Source: a virus. Taken from it: a stretch of DNA of 38,606 bases. The stretch lies in UHGV virus genome UHGV-0211288; one strand, given 5' to 3'. A program made the translations under genes and the position numbers. Under the pieces are notes generated by a model, which worked only from the letters and a program-made list of their open reading frames with translations, made no database searches and had not been told where the DNA came from. Shown here piece after piece: positions 7,649 to 15,800 of the stretch. Numbering within the stretch: the stretch's first letter is position 1; each line of letters begins with the position of its first letter.

Positions 7649-8245
7649 ATGGCTACATTTAATTTAAAAAAACGTAGAGAAGAACTGAATTTATCGCAAG
7701 AATCTGTCGCTGAATCTATTGGCGTTACAAAAGCAACTGTAAGCAAGTGGGAAAAAGGCGATATAGCTAACATGAAAAGAGACAAGATCGCTTTATTAGC
7801 AAAAGTTCTCAAAGTTAGCCCTTTAAGCATCTTGGGATTAGAGGATGTTAGTGACAGTGATCGAGTGATGATTCCTATACTAGGAACAATAATGTGTGGT
7901 GAACCAATTTTAGCAGAAGAAAATATCGAGGGTTATAGAGAAGAGATTGCTGATTTCTTACCATCTGGCGAATTGTTCTTTCTCAAAACAAAAGGTGACA
8001 GCATGGTACCTACAGTGCCTGAAAAAAGCTATGTTTTGCTGAGAAAACAAGAAGATGTCGAAGATGGCGAAATAGCTGCAGTCATAGTTAACGGGGATAA
8101 TGAAGCAACCCTAAAACGAGTAAAAAGACAAAATGGAATAGTTATGCTTATTGCAGATAACAAAGATTATAGTCCAATATTAATTACCCCTGAAAATCCA
8201 GCTCGCATTATTGGTAAAGCTGTTAAAGTTAGCTTCGATCTATAA
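7649..8245 (+). CDS. CI-like phage repressor, N-terminal XRE HTH plus C-terminal S24 (LexA-like) autopeptidase domain
   Basis: HTH ELNLSQESVAESIGVTKATVSKWEKG. C-terminal S24 features include GDSMVP (Ser nucleophile) and a downstream Lys in TLKRVKRQNGIVMLIADN. The ATG at 7649 is preferred over the track start at 7640 (GTG) because an AGGAG RBS lies 8 nt upstream. Confidence 0.8.
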   Translation: MATFNLKKRREELNLSQESVAESIGVTKATVSKWEKGDIANMKRDKIALLAKVLKVSPLSILGLEDVSDSDRVMIPILGTIMCGEPILAEENIEGYREEIADFLPSGELFFLKTKGDSMVPTVPEKSYVLLRKQEDVEDGEIAAVIVNGDNEATLKRVKRQNGIVMLIADNKDYSPILITPENPARIIGKAVKVSFDL

Positions 8246-8327
8246 AAAATCCCCTACCAAAGTTGCGCCTTCGATAAGGGATCAGAATATTATGCATATT
8301 AATTATATCAAAAAAGAGGTGGAAGTA

Positions 8328-8528
8328 ATGGCAAAAATTAAATGTCCTAAATGTAGAAGTACTGATGTTGAGTTTATGAGCAATAATAGAAAAGGTTTTT
8401 CAGCTGGGAAAGCAGCTGCTGGTGCTGTATTGACTGGTGGTATTGGTCTATTGGCTGGTTTTGCCGGAAAAAAAGGCAAAAATGAATTCTTCTGCAGGAA
8501 ATGTAACAATACTTTTTTGCATAAATAA
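8328..8528 (+). CDS. small zinc-ribbon protein with Gly/Ala-rich hydrophobic segment (66 aa)
   Basis: MAKIKCPKCRSTDVEF...FFCRKCNNTF gives a CxxC...CxxC pattern. RBS GAGGTGGA upstream. Located between cI and int on the same strand. Confidence 0.45.
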   Translation: MAKIKCPKCRSTDVEFMSNNRKGFSAGKAAAGAVLTGGIGLLAGFAGKKGKNEFFCRKCNNTFLHK

Positions 8529-8530
8529 AA

Positions 8531-8562
8531 AAACACGCTCCTCCGACCAAGAAAGCGCGTGT
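8531..8562 (+). terminator. hairpin after the zinc-ribbon gene (AAACACGC...GCGTGTTT)
   Basis: 8-bp perfect stem seen directly. The loop is long and the T-run weak, so termination efficiency is uncertain. Confidence 0.35.
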
Positions 8563-8626
8563 TTAAAATAAGGCAATAGCTTATTTAGCTATGCCTATTA
8601 TACTAAATAATAGGATGTGATTCAAC

Positions 8627-9982
8627 TTGCAACGAGTAGCAATTTATATGCGTGTATCGACTGATCAGCAGGCAAAACATGGTGACAGTTTAAGAGAACA
8701 ACAAGAAACATTGGATGAATACATTAAGCGAAACAAAAATCTTAAAGTTGTAGATAAGTATATTGATGGCGGGATATCAGGTCAAAAATTAAATAGAGAC
8801 GAATTCCAGCGACTACTAGATGACGTGAAAAACGATCAAATAGACCTAATACTTTTTACGAAGTTAGATCGCTGGTTTCGTAATTTAAGGCACTATTTGA
8901 ACACTCAAGAAATTTTGGAAAAACACAATGTTTCATGGAATGCCGTGTCTCAACAATACTACGATACAACTACAGCTTATGGCAGAACTTTTATCGCACA
9001 AGTAATGAGCTTTGCTGAATTGGAGGCACAAATGACTTCTGAAAGAATCAAATCTGTTTTTTCAAACAAAATCCAGCAAGGTGAAGTTGTTAGTGGGAAA
9101 GTACCTTTAGGCTATAAGATTGAAAACAAAAGGTTAGTTCCCACTTCTGATAAAGATATTGTGATAGATTTATTTGATTATTATGTTCGAGTTGGATCTT
9201 TGAGAAAAACAACGACTTATCTAGAAGAAAAACATGGAATAGTTCGAGATTATCAAAGTGTTCGAAAACTTTTAACCAATGAAAAATACATCGGCAAACT
9301 TCGAAATAATACAAACTATTGCGAACCTATTATCGACAAAGATATTTTTGAAACAGTTCAACTAAGGCTATCTCAAAATGTAAAAACTAGCGGTTCACAC
9401 GATTATATTTTTAGGGGACTTGTTCGATGTGCGGATTGTGATGGCAGCATGTCTTGTTCAACTTTAAAATCAAAGTATATAAAAAAGACAGACGGAGAAG
9501 TATCATATTACATTCGGTCTTGTTACAGATGTACCAGACGAAGGAACAACCCTACAAGATGCAAAAATAAAAAGACTTACTATGAGCGAGCATTAGAACG
9601 TTACTTGCTAGATAACATACAAACGAATATTGCTATGCATGTACGAACATTGAAAAAAGAAGTAACAAAGAAAGATTCAGTAAAAAGAAAAAAAGATGCT
9701 CTTTTCGTAAAAATCGAAAGATTAAAAAAAGCCTATCTTAACGAAATCATTGAGTTAGATGAATATAAACGAGATAGAGAATTGTTGGAAAACGAAATAG
9801 CTAGTTTAAAAGAGCCTAAAATCAATAAAAACATAGCTCCTTTAAAAAAAGTTTTGAGCGATGACTTCTTTGAAAAATACGAAAAAGCTTCAATTAATCA
9901 AAAAAATGAGTTATGGCGTTCAATAATAGAATCAATAGAGGTTAGTGTTGATGGAAATATCACTATTAATTTCTTGCCCTAA
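8627..9982 (+). CDS. int: large serine recombinase (phage integrase)
   Basis: 451 aa. N-terminal resolvase-type catalytic motif AIYMRVSTDQQ and conserved LDRWFRN, a recombinase domain, and a Cys-rich zinc-ribbon region (CADCDG...C..C). The annotated start is TTG. Confidence 0.85.
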   Translation: MQRVAIYMRVSTDQQAKHGDSLREQQETLDEYIKRNKNLKVVDKYIDGGISGQKLNRDEFQRLLDDVKNDQIDLILFTKLDRWFRNLRHYLNTQEILEKHNVSWNAVSQQYYDTTTAYGRTFIAQVMSFAELEAQMTSERIKSVFSNKIQQGEVVSGKVPLGYKIENKRLVPTSDKDIVIDLFDYYVRVGSLRKTTTYLEEKHGIVRDYQSVRKLLTNEKYIGKLRNNTNYCEPIIDKDIFETVQLRLSQNVKTSGSHDYIFRGLVRCADCDGSMSCSTLKSKYIKKTDGEVSYYIRSCYRCTRRRNNPTRCKNKKTYYERALERYLLDNIQTNIAMHVRTLKKEVTKKDSVKRKKDALFVKIERLKKAYLNEIIELDEYKRDRELLENEIASLKEPKINKNIAPLKKVLSDDFFEKYEKASINQKNELWRSIIESIEVSVDGNITINFLP

Positions 9983-9997
9983 TTTATGTGCCTAACT

Positions 9998-10033
9998 GAT
10001 ACTTTCCGCTGGGATGATATTGGTTAGTACGTC
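9998..10033. other. candidate attP core: imperfect inverted repeat CTAACTGATA-N16-TATTGGTTAG
   Basis: 10-bp arms with 8/10 complementarity, immediately downstream of the serine integrase gene. Position and dyad symmetry only; no bacterial attB is available for comparison. Confidence 0.2.
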
Positions 10034-10100
10034 TAAAAAAACTTTCACATTTTACTTAGTAATTTGTTACAATAACATTAGAAGGAGGCAGCGAAATATA

Positions 10101-10370
10101 ATGAAAAGCAAAATATCTGTTGTTACTGGTGCACATCCAACGACAAAAAAAGAACGTATATATGAAACTGTTCTCTATACTTTTGTTTTGATTGTTTCCA
10201 TTGCCATCGTCTCGTGGTTATTCCATTTAACTGACGGATGGTTAGTTCTTCTGTTATCGGGTTTCGTCTCTCTTATTTATTTCGCAATAATGTATGATAC
10301 TTGGACCCGTCAAAGTACATTAGATCGTAAAATTATTGATAATCCTGTTTGTGAAAAGGATAAGGAGTGA
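10101..10370 (+). CDS. membrane protein (89 aa, 2 TM) between int and lysis genes
   Basis: RBS AGGAGG upstream. The ATG at 10101 is preferred over the track start at 10014. Hydrophobic helices LYTFVLIVSIAIVSWLF and LVLLLSGFVSLIYFAIM. A candidate promoter TTCACA-N18-TACAAT lies at about 10040-10070. Confidence 0.45.
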   Translation: MKSKISVVTGAHPTTKKERIYETVLYTFVLIVSIAIVSWLFHLTDGWLVLLLSGFVSLIYFAIMYDTWTRQSTLDRKIIDNPVCEKDKE

Positions 10371-10374
10371 TTTT

Positions 10375-10521
10375 ATGGGAGTTAAAAATGTTAGAAAGAA
10401 GATCCATGAAGATGTTTCTCTTTTTAGGGGTAGGGTCCCTTTATGGAAAAGGGTAACATTGTGGATTGTAATAGGCGTGATATTAATAGACATGATTTTA
10501 ACCCACATAATCTTTAACTAG
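10375..10521 (+). CDS. small membrane protein (48 aa)
   Basis: RBS AAGGAGTG 5 nt upstream of the ATG at 10375. TM segment VTLWIVIGVILIDMILTHIIF. Confidence 0.4.
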   Translation: MGVKNVRKKIHEDVSLFRGRVPLWKRVTLWIVIGVILIDMILTHIIFN

Positions 10522-10530
10522 AACTATTAA

Positions 10531-10556
10531 GCCCACTCAAACGAGTGGGCCTTTTG
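10531..10556 (+). terminator. rho-independent terminator (GCCCACTC aaac GAGTGGGC + CTTTTGC)
   Basis: Perfect 8-bp stem and a T-run, positioned between the converging + strand membrane genes and the - strand lysin. Confidence 0.55.
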
Positions 10557-10560
10557 CATA

Positions 10561-11451
10561 TTATAGAATATTTCCCCAATCTGACAACTTACCTATAGCA
10601 ATATACCCCTTCTTGTAAGAATCATTTCGCGGTTGTACACCCCAAATATAGCCTGAACCAGTTACAATATCATTAAACTCAACTTTACTGCCCTTTTTTA
10701 AGGTTGCAATAATCTTGCTATTAGTATTTGCGCTAACACGTAAATTAACATTGTCTTTTAAAGTTACAGTTTTCATTTTTATTTTTCCTCCTATCGTCGA
10801 GTTATTAGATGACCCATTGTTGTTTGAACTAGCAGAATGCTTACCAAAAAGATATTCAAATCCTTTGCGAACAATCCGATTCAAGTCGAGCGGTCCGGAA
10901 TAGCCACTTAGTTTTCCATTTGATGTGTACTGATGGAGATCATAGTTAGAAGTAGCTGTGGGATTCGAACCATTATACTGGCTATTGTTTGAACCGTATG
11001 TGGGAATCCAGATACCATCAAATTTTGAAGTATCTAAATTAAAGCCGGCATACAAGTGGTTTGCAATATATGCCCCCACTTTTTTAGCACCTAGAGATTT
11101 CAATTTTGTTCGGTACTTTTCAATCCCAGTTCTCATATCGCTCATTGATTTTTCTTCTACGTCAAGCCACCAGAATGTTGGATTATATGCTTTAGCACGA
11201 TTGTAGAAATCTATCGCCTCTTTCTCCATATCCGAATTAGAAACTCCTCGAACCCAAGCGTACACCGCTACTGGAACACCACGTTTTTGAAATTCTGCAA
11301 TATGAGTTTTGTAGTGCTTGTCGATATACCTTGATCCATACTGTATACGAACAATTACACCGTCAATAGCACTGGCCAACTTATCATAATTGATAGTGTT
11401 TGGCGTTTGCCATTCACTAATATCCAAAATAACTGGTGTTGGAATACTCAT
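10561..11451 (-). CDS. endolysin: GH25 muramidase domain with C-terminal SH3b-type cell-wall-binding domain
   Basis: N-terminal GH25-like PVILDISEWQ and DVE motifs. C-terminal SH3-like region (KTVTLKDNVNLRVSANTNSKIIATLKKGSKVEF...GYIWGV). The start is placed at the ATG at 11451, which has an AAAGGA RBS and lies 1 nt after the holin stop; the track ORF extends to 11523. Confidence 0.8.
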   Translation of the reverse strand: MSIPTPVILDISEWQTPNTINYDKLASAIDGVIVRIQYGSRYIDKHYKTHIAEFQKRGVPVAVYAWVRGVSNSDMEKEAIDFYNRAKAYNPTFWWLDVEEKSMSDMRTGIEKYRTKLKSLGAKKVGAYIANHLYAGFNLDTSKFDGIWIPTYGSNNSQYNGSNPTATSNYDLHQYTSNGKLSGYSGPLDLNRIVRKGFEYLFGKHSASSNNNGSSNNSTIGGKIKMKTVTLKDNVNLRVSANTNSKIIATLKKGSKVEFNDIVTGSGYIWGVQPRNDSYKKGYIAIGKLSDWGNIL

Positions 11452-11452
11452 T

Positions 11453-11764
11453 TTAATCATCCTTTCGCTCAGTGAATTCTTGGCCATCTCCATAATCGAC
11501 TGTATCTTTCTTTGGCTGTTCATAGGTTAAGGCTTGCTTGCTATCAGTAATACCTGTAGTTGTTGGATCATTGACGATGCCAATAATCACCAGAACTGCA
11601 AAAACTGTATTGACTACTACGATCAGTTTGTTAACCAGGTCGCCAAAATCATACTCAAATCCAAATACTGCAGCAATTGCTTGCACAGCTAATGCCAATG
11701 CTGGAATCACTGCCAACCAAAATGCCTTGCTTTTCAAACGTAATTTCCAATTAATGTTGTTCAT
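11453..11764 (-). CDS. holin, phage phi LC3 family
   Basis: 103 aa. N-terminus MNNINWKLRLKSKAFWLAVIPALA matches the characteristic start of LC3-family holins. Two TM helices and a charged C-terminus. Immediately upstream of the lysin. Confidence 0.75.
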   Translation of the reverse strand: MNNINWKLRLKSKAFWLAVIPALALAVQAIAAVFGFEYDFGDLVNKLIVVVNTVFAVLVIIGIVNDPTTTGITDSKQALTYEQPKKDTVDYGDGQEFTERKDD

Positions 11765-11766
11765 GT

Positions 11767-12129
11767 TTATCTACCTCCAAAAAATTTGATTAATTCTAAA
11801 ACAAATGCAAATACAGCTCCTGCTGATGCACCAATACCAAGGATCATTTTCCACATGTTAGTTTTATCAACCATCTTTAGTTCATAATCCCGTTCTTCTG
11901 ATTTTTCATTTCTATTCAAAACAGCACGCAGGATTTCAGCATTTTGTTCGCTCTGTCGTGTGTTTTGCTCACGTAAGAAGCGATTTGATTCATCAACTCG
12001 TGCAAGTCCTTCGTTCATTGACTTTTGCATTTCTAATGTAATGTCATTAAGACGCCCCAACTCTTTGTCATGCTGTTTTAACCGCTCCTCATGCGCTTGG
12101 ACCTGCTTTTCTATTTCCACATATGCCAC
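11767..12129 (-). CDS. XhlA-like protein (coiled coil plus C-terminal TM anchor) of the lysis cassette
   Basis: 120 aa with an N-terminal coiled coil and a C-terminal hydrophobic helix MWKMILGIGASAGAVFAFVLELIKFF. Position directly upstream of the holin. Confidence 0.5.
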   Translation of the reverse strand: MAYVEIEKQVQAHEERLKQHDKELGRLNDITLEMQKSMNEGLARVDESNRFLREQNTRQSEQNAEILRAVLNRNEKSEERDYELKMVDKTNMWKMILGIGASAGAVFAFVLELIKFFGGR

Positions 12130-12158
12130 CTGCTTTCATAAACTAAAAAGAGCAAGCT

Positions 12159-12407
12159 TTACGCCTGCTCCTCCACTTCATTTAATAAATCATCCTCAAT
12201 TGCCCAAACCTTTGCTTGAAAATCATCAATATCTTTACGACATTCGACGCGATTTTGACGGTACAGATTTTGGTCAGTAATCGATTGGTTAATATTTGTA
12301 TTTCCAGCACTATCCGTTGTGACATTAGCATTTAGGTAAATAACTTGCTGCCCATTAATTTTCGATTCTCCTGTAATGCTGATTGATTTTTTAGTATTTA
12401 ATGCCAT
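12159..12407 (-). CDS. hypothetical protein (82 aa)
   Basis: ORF between the tail fibre and lysis genes. Confidence 0.4.
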   Translation of the reverse strand: MALNTKKSISITGESKINGQQVIYLNANVTTDSAGNTNINQSITDQNLYRQNRVECRKDIDDFQAKVWAIEDDLLNEVEEQA

Positions 12408-12440
12408 GATAAATTCCTCCTGTTTATTTAATAATACTGA

Positions 12441-12854
12441 CTATTCAGCAATTTCTTTTTCAAATTCATCTAACAACCGATCATAGATCTCGGCATCTTT
12501 ACCAGATAACATGCCATCGTACTCATTCAAAATCCGTGGAACTTCATCAAAGTTTCGGGCATACATACCGCCCTCAATCACAATTTCTTCATCCATCAAA
12601 ATTCCTTGTTCTTTATTGAAAGCAGCCACATCTTTTGCATCTTGATCTTTGCCCTCTTTGAGTTGGCCACTCTCATCAAGCAGATTGAATTTTTCCATCA
12701 GAGACTTTTCCTCATCAGAAAGCTCTGTATAGGCTTCTCGAATACGCTTTACCAGTTTTGTACGGTGTCGACTGTCCTTATTCGCTTTAAGCGTCATACC
12801 TTCTAAAAAATTGATTGCTGGTGCTAACTCGTTGTTCTTCAATGTGATTTTCAT
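12441..12854 (-). CDS. hypothetical acidic protein (137 aa)
   Basis: ORF with RBS GGAGG upstream (12866-12870), located between the tail fibre and lysis cassette. Confidence 0.45.
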   Translation of the reverse strand: MKITLKNNELAPAINFLEGMTLKANKDSRHRTKLVKRIREAYTELSDEEKSLMEKFNLLDESGQLKEGKDQDAKDVAAFNKEQGILMDEEIVIEGGMYARNFDEVPRILNEYDGMLSGKDAEIYDRLLDEFEKEIAE

Positions 12855-12886
12855 ATAATTTCCTCCATTAAAACAGGAGTTAGAAA

Positions 12887-15800
12887 CTAAGCAGCTTCCA
12901 ACTCCTGTATTCTTATTTTTAATTGTTCCACTTCTTGCTTCAGCAATTGAACTTCACGTTCGTGATCAGAGAGTATTACGTTGTGGTACATCGTCAATCG
13001 ATCATAGGCCAATCCTTCAACTTGACCTTTCTCATCGTAGAATACAACTTCTGTCATCCCTTTTTCGTGAAATTCATCAGCAATAAACCCATAGTATCGG
13101 CCTTTTACGTTCCCCGAACTCAATTCAAATTTATCAATCCATGATACTGGATTGATTTCCAAAATTTTCTTGGCATCAGCTACTATCTTATTAGCTACTT
13201 GAATATTCATTTTATACTTACGAGCAGAGGTAATCCGACCAAGGGTCCCGTAACTTGTGACGCATACTTGCGGCCCACTTGAATAGGTTTTATTATAGAT
13301 CGATTTAGACCATACACGGGCACCATTAGAGTCTGCACCAAAACTTATACCACCATATAACGAGGAATCACCGCCACCATTTATATCTGTACGTTGTGCA
13401 TTTAGAGTTATTTCTCCGGAATCACCAGCCCATAAGTCAATATATTTCGACTGCATAGCTATTTTGTATCCAGCAGTTATCGTTGCTGTTGAAGCCATTT
13501 GCTTAATGCTTTCAGTAGCACCACTATTTACTCTTGTGGTACCGAGCCTAATAGTAGGTGCTAAATATCTGCGTCCACTAATCGTAGAATCATAAGCATA
13601 ACCGCTAGCTAAGTAAACACCATGTCTCGCTATAACCCAAGCTTCCGAAAACAAACCGCCAGACTCATCTTTGTTGACGTCTGATCCAGATTGTTTTACG
13701 CCAATACCAGCACCACGGATATTCTGTTTAGTATCAGCACCGCTTTTATCCCCATAACCTAACCATGTAGCATCAGTAAAAAAACTACTCGAGAATGGTT
13801 CTTGGTATTCTGTTGATGATAAAAGAACGGCTCTGTGTACAGATTGCCATACGCTTGTATTTGGATTAGCCATTTTCAAAGCAATTGCTGGTCTATTTCC
13901 TGACCACATGCCAGCTTGCCAGATACCATTTTCTTTATACTGACCAGAATGTGTTTCGGTTGTCAAACCACCATAAGATACAGTCGCTTCACCAAATGTT
14001 CCAGTATAAAACTCAATTTTACCGTTCATCAGATTATAACCTGCTGCTAAAGTGTTACCTGTATCATTTGGCGATAAATATTCACCTCTAGATGCAGTTA
14101 CTCCAGTAGTAATGTTCATTTGAAAAGTATCATCTAAGTTTTTGATGATTCCCTTGTTGAAAATGACTTCACCAGTAGCAAGGTTTATAGATAAGTTAGT
14201 CCCACTGATCGTTCCCGTAGTAATACTATTTGCATTTAGGTTAATAATATTTACATTTGCAGCATTTAGTGTTCCTGTAGTAATTTTAGTCGCTGATAGA
14301 CTGCCGATTTTGGCATCAGTGATTGCAGCATTCGCAATTTTAGCAGTTGATACAGAAAGGTCTGCAATTTGTGCATTTTTGATCACTCCGTTATCAATTG
14401 TTGTCTGACCTGTAATATGGACCTTTCTACCATCAATTAATATTGATTCCGTAGATACATTGATTTGGTTAACAACATCGCCTTTAGACACTTTCAAGTT
14501 GATTGTGTCGGACAGTTGCGTGATTTGAGAAGATACTCCAGTAACTCCTGCTAAATTTCCACGCTCTTTTCCATAAATAGTAGCTTGAACACCCGCGGGT
14601 AAATCATCGAGAAACGGTTGTGAAGCAAAATAAGATATTTTATCTGGAGATACTTCATTAAATGGTGCAAAGTTTAGAACTGAGTAGCCGATATTATTTC
14701 TAATATAATATTCTACAACTGTTTCAGTAGTTGTTAATGAAGTAATCACTGCGGCTAGATCCTCAGCTTTAATCTCTGAAGTCTCCGTCAAAGCTATCTC
14801 CACTAATGTAGGTTGCCCCATTGCATTCTGTTGCTTGTGGCGAATATAAATGGTTGAAGGCTTAGGCAAAGCTCCACCATCACCATTATATATGATATCT
14901 AGTCCAGCAGCCGCATCTTGATATTGTCTAGTCAATATAGTACGTGCAAACTTTGTCCATTTCTTAGCATTATTCGAAGCAGTGTTAGAAGTTATAAAGT
15001 CTTTATTAGTCTTTTTCTTTTCTAACTCTGTTTGAACTTCTGTAACTGTCTGTCTAATTCCACTAGCTGTTGCTTCAACTTGTGTAGCTTTAGTCAAAGC
15101 AGAGTTGGCGGTTGTCTCAACGCTTGAAATAGTTGTTCTCAAACCGTTCGCAGTTGCTTCGACTTGAGTCGCTTTAGCAAGGGCTGAATCAGCTGTAGTC
15201 TTGACTGAAGATACAGTAGTTTTGACACCGTCTACTGTAGCTTCAACCTGATTAACCTTAGAAAGAGTTGCCATATCTGAGTAGGCTGGTTGCCATGCTC
15301 GTATGGAAGATTCTCCTTTAAACATCATTAGATTCTTTATACGGAATCCAGTAGATGCTGAGGTAGCAGCTAAGTTAACTGCTAAAAGAACTCTGACTTT
15401 TCCGCTTCTTACAGGCTTAAATGTAATAGAACGTGTGTAGAAACTAGCTGATCCAGAAAAGACAGGAATATCTGGGAGCTTTTGATTTCCTTGTCCGTCA
15501 TCATAAATTAAGAAGCAGTAGTCTAATACAGAAGTATTGTAAAAGCTCCCCACTTCCAGTTGTAAAGTGTACGTTGCATCTTTCTCAACATCAGCTATCA
15601 GATAATCTGTTTGGATTCCGTAACTAGTTGTAGCAGTTCCTTTTATTACAGCTATCTGTGTACCGTCTGTTGAAAAATTACCTCCACCCCATACTACATA
15701 ACCTTTGGTTGAATCCCCTTTAGAATTAGGAATAATATTAGAGTAGTCACTATTCAAAATATCTTCTTGCACAGATGTTATAGTTGTTTTCACACCATCA

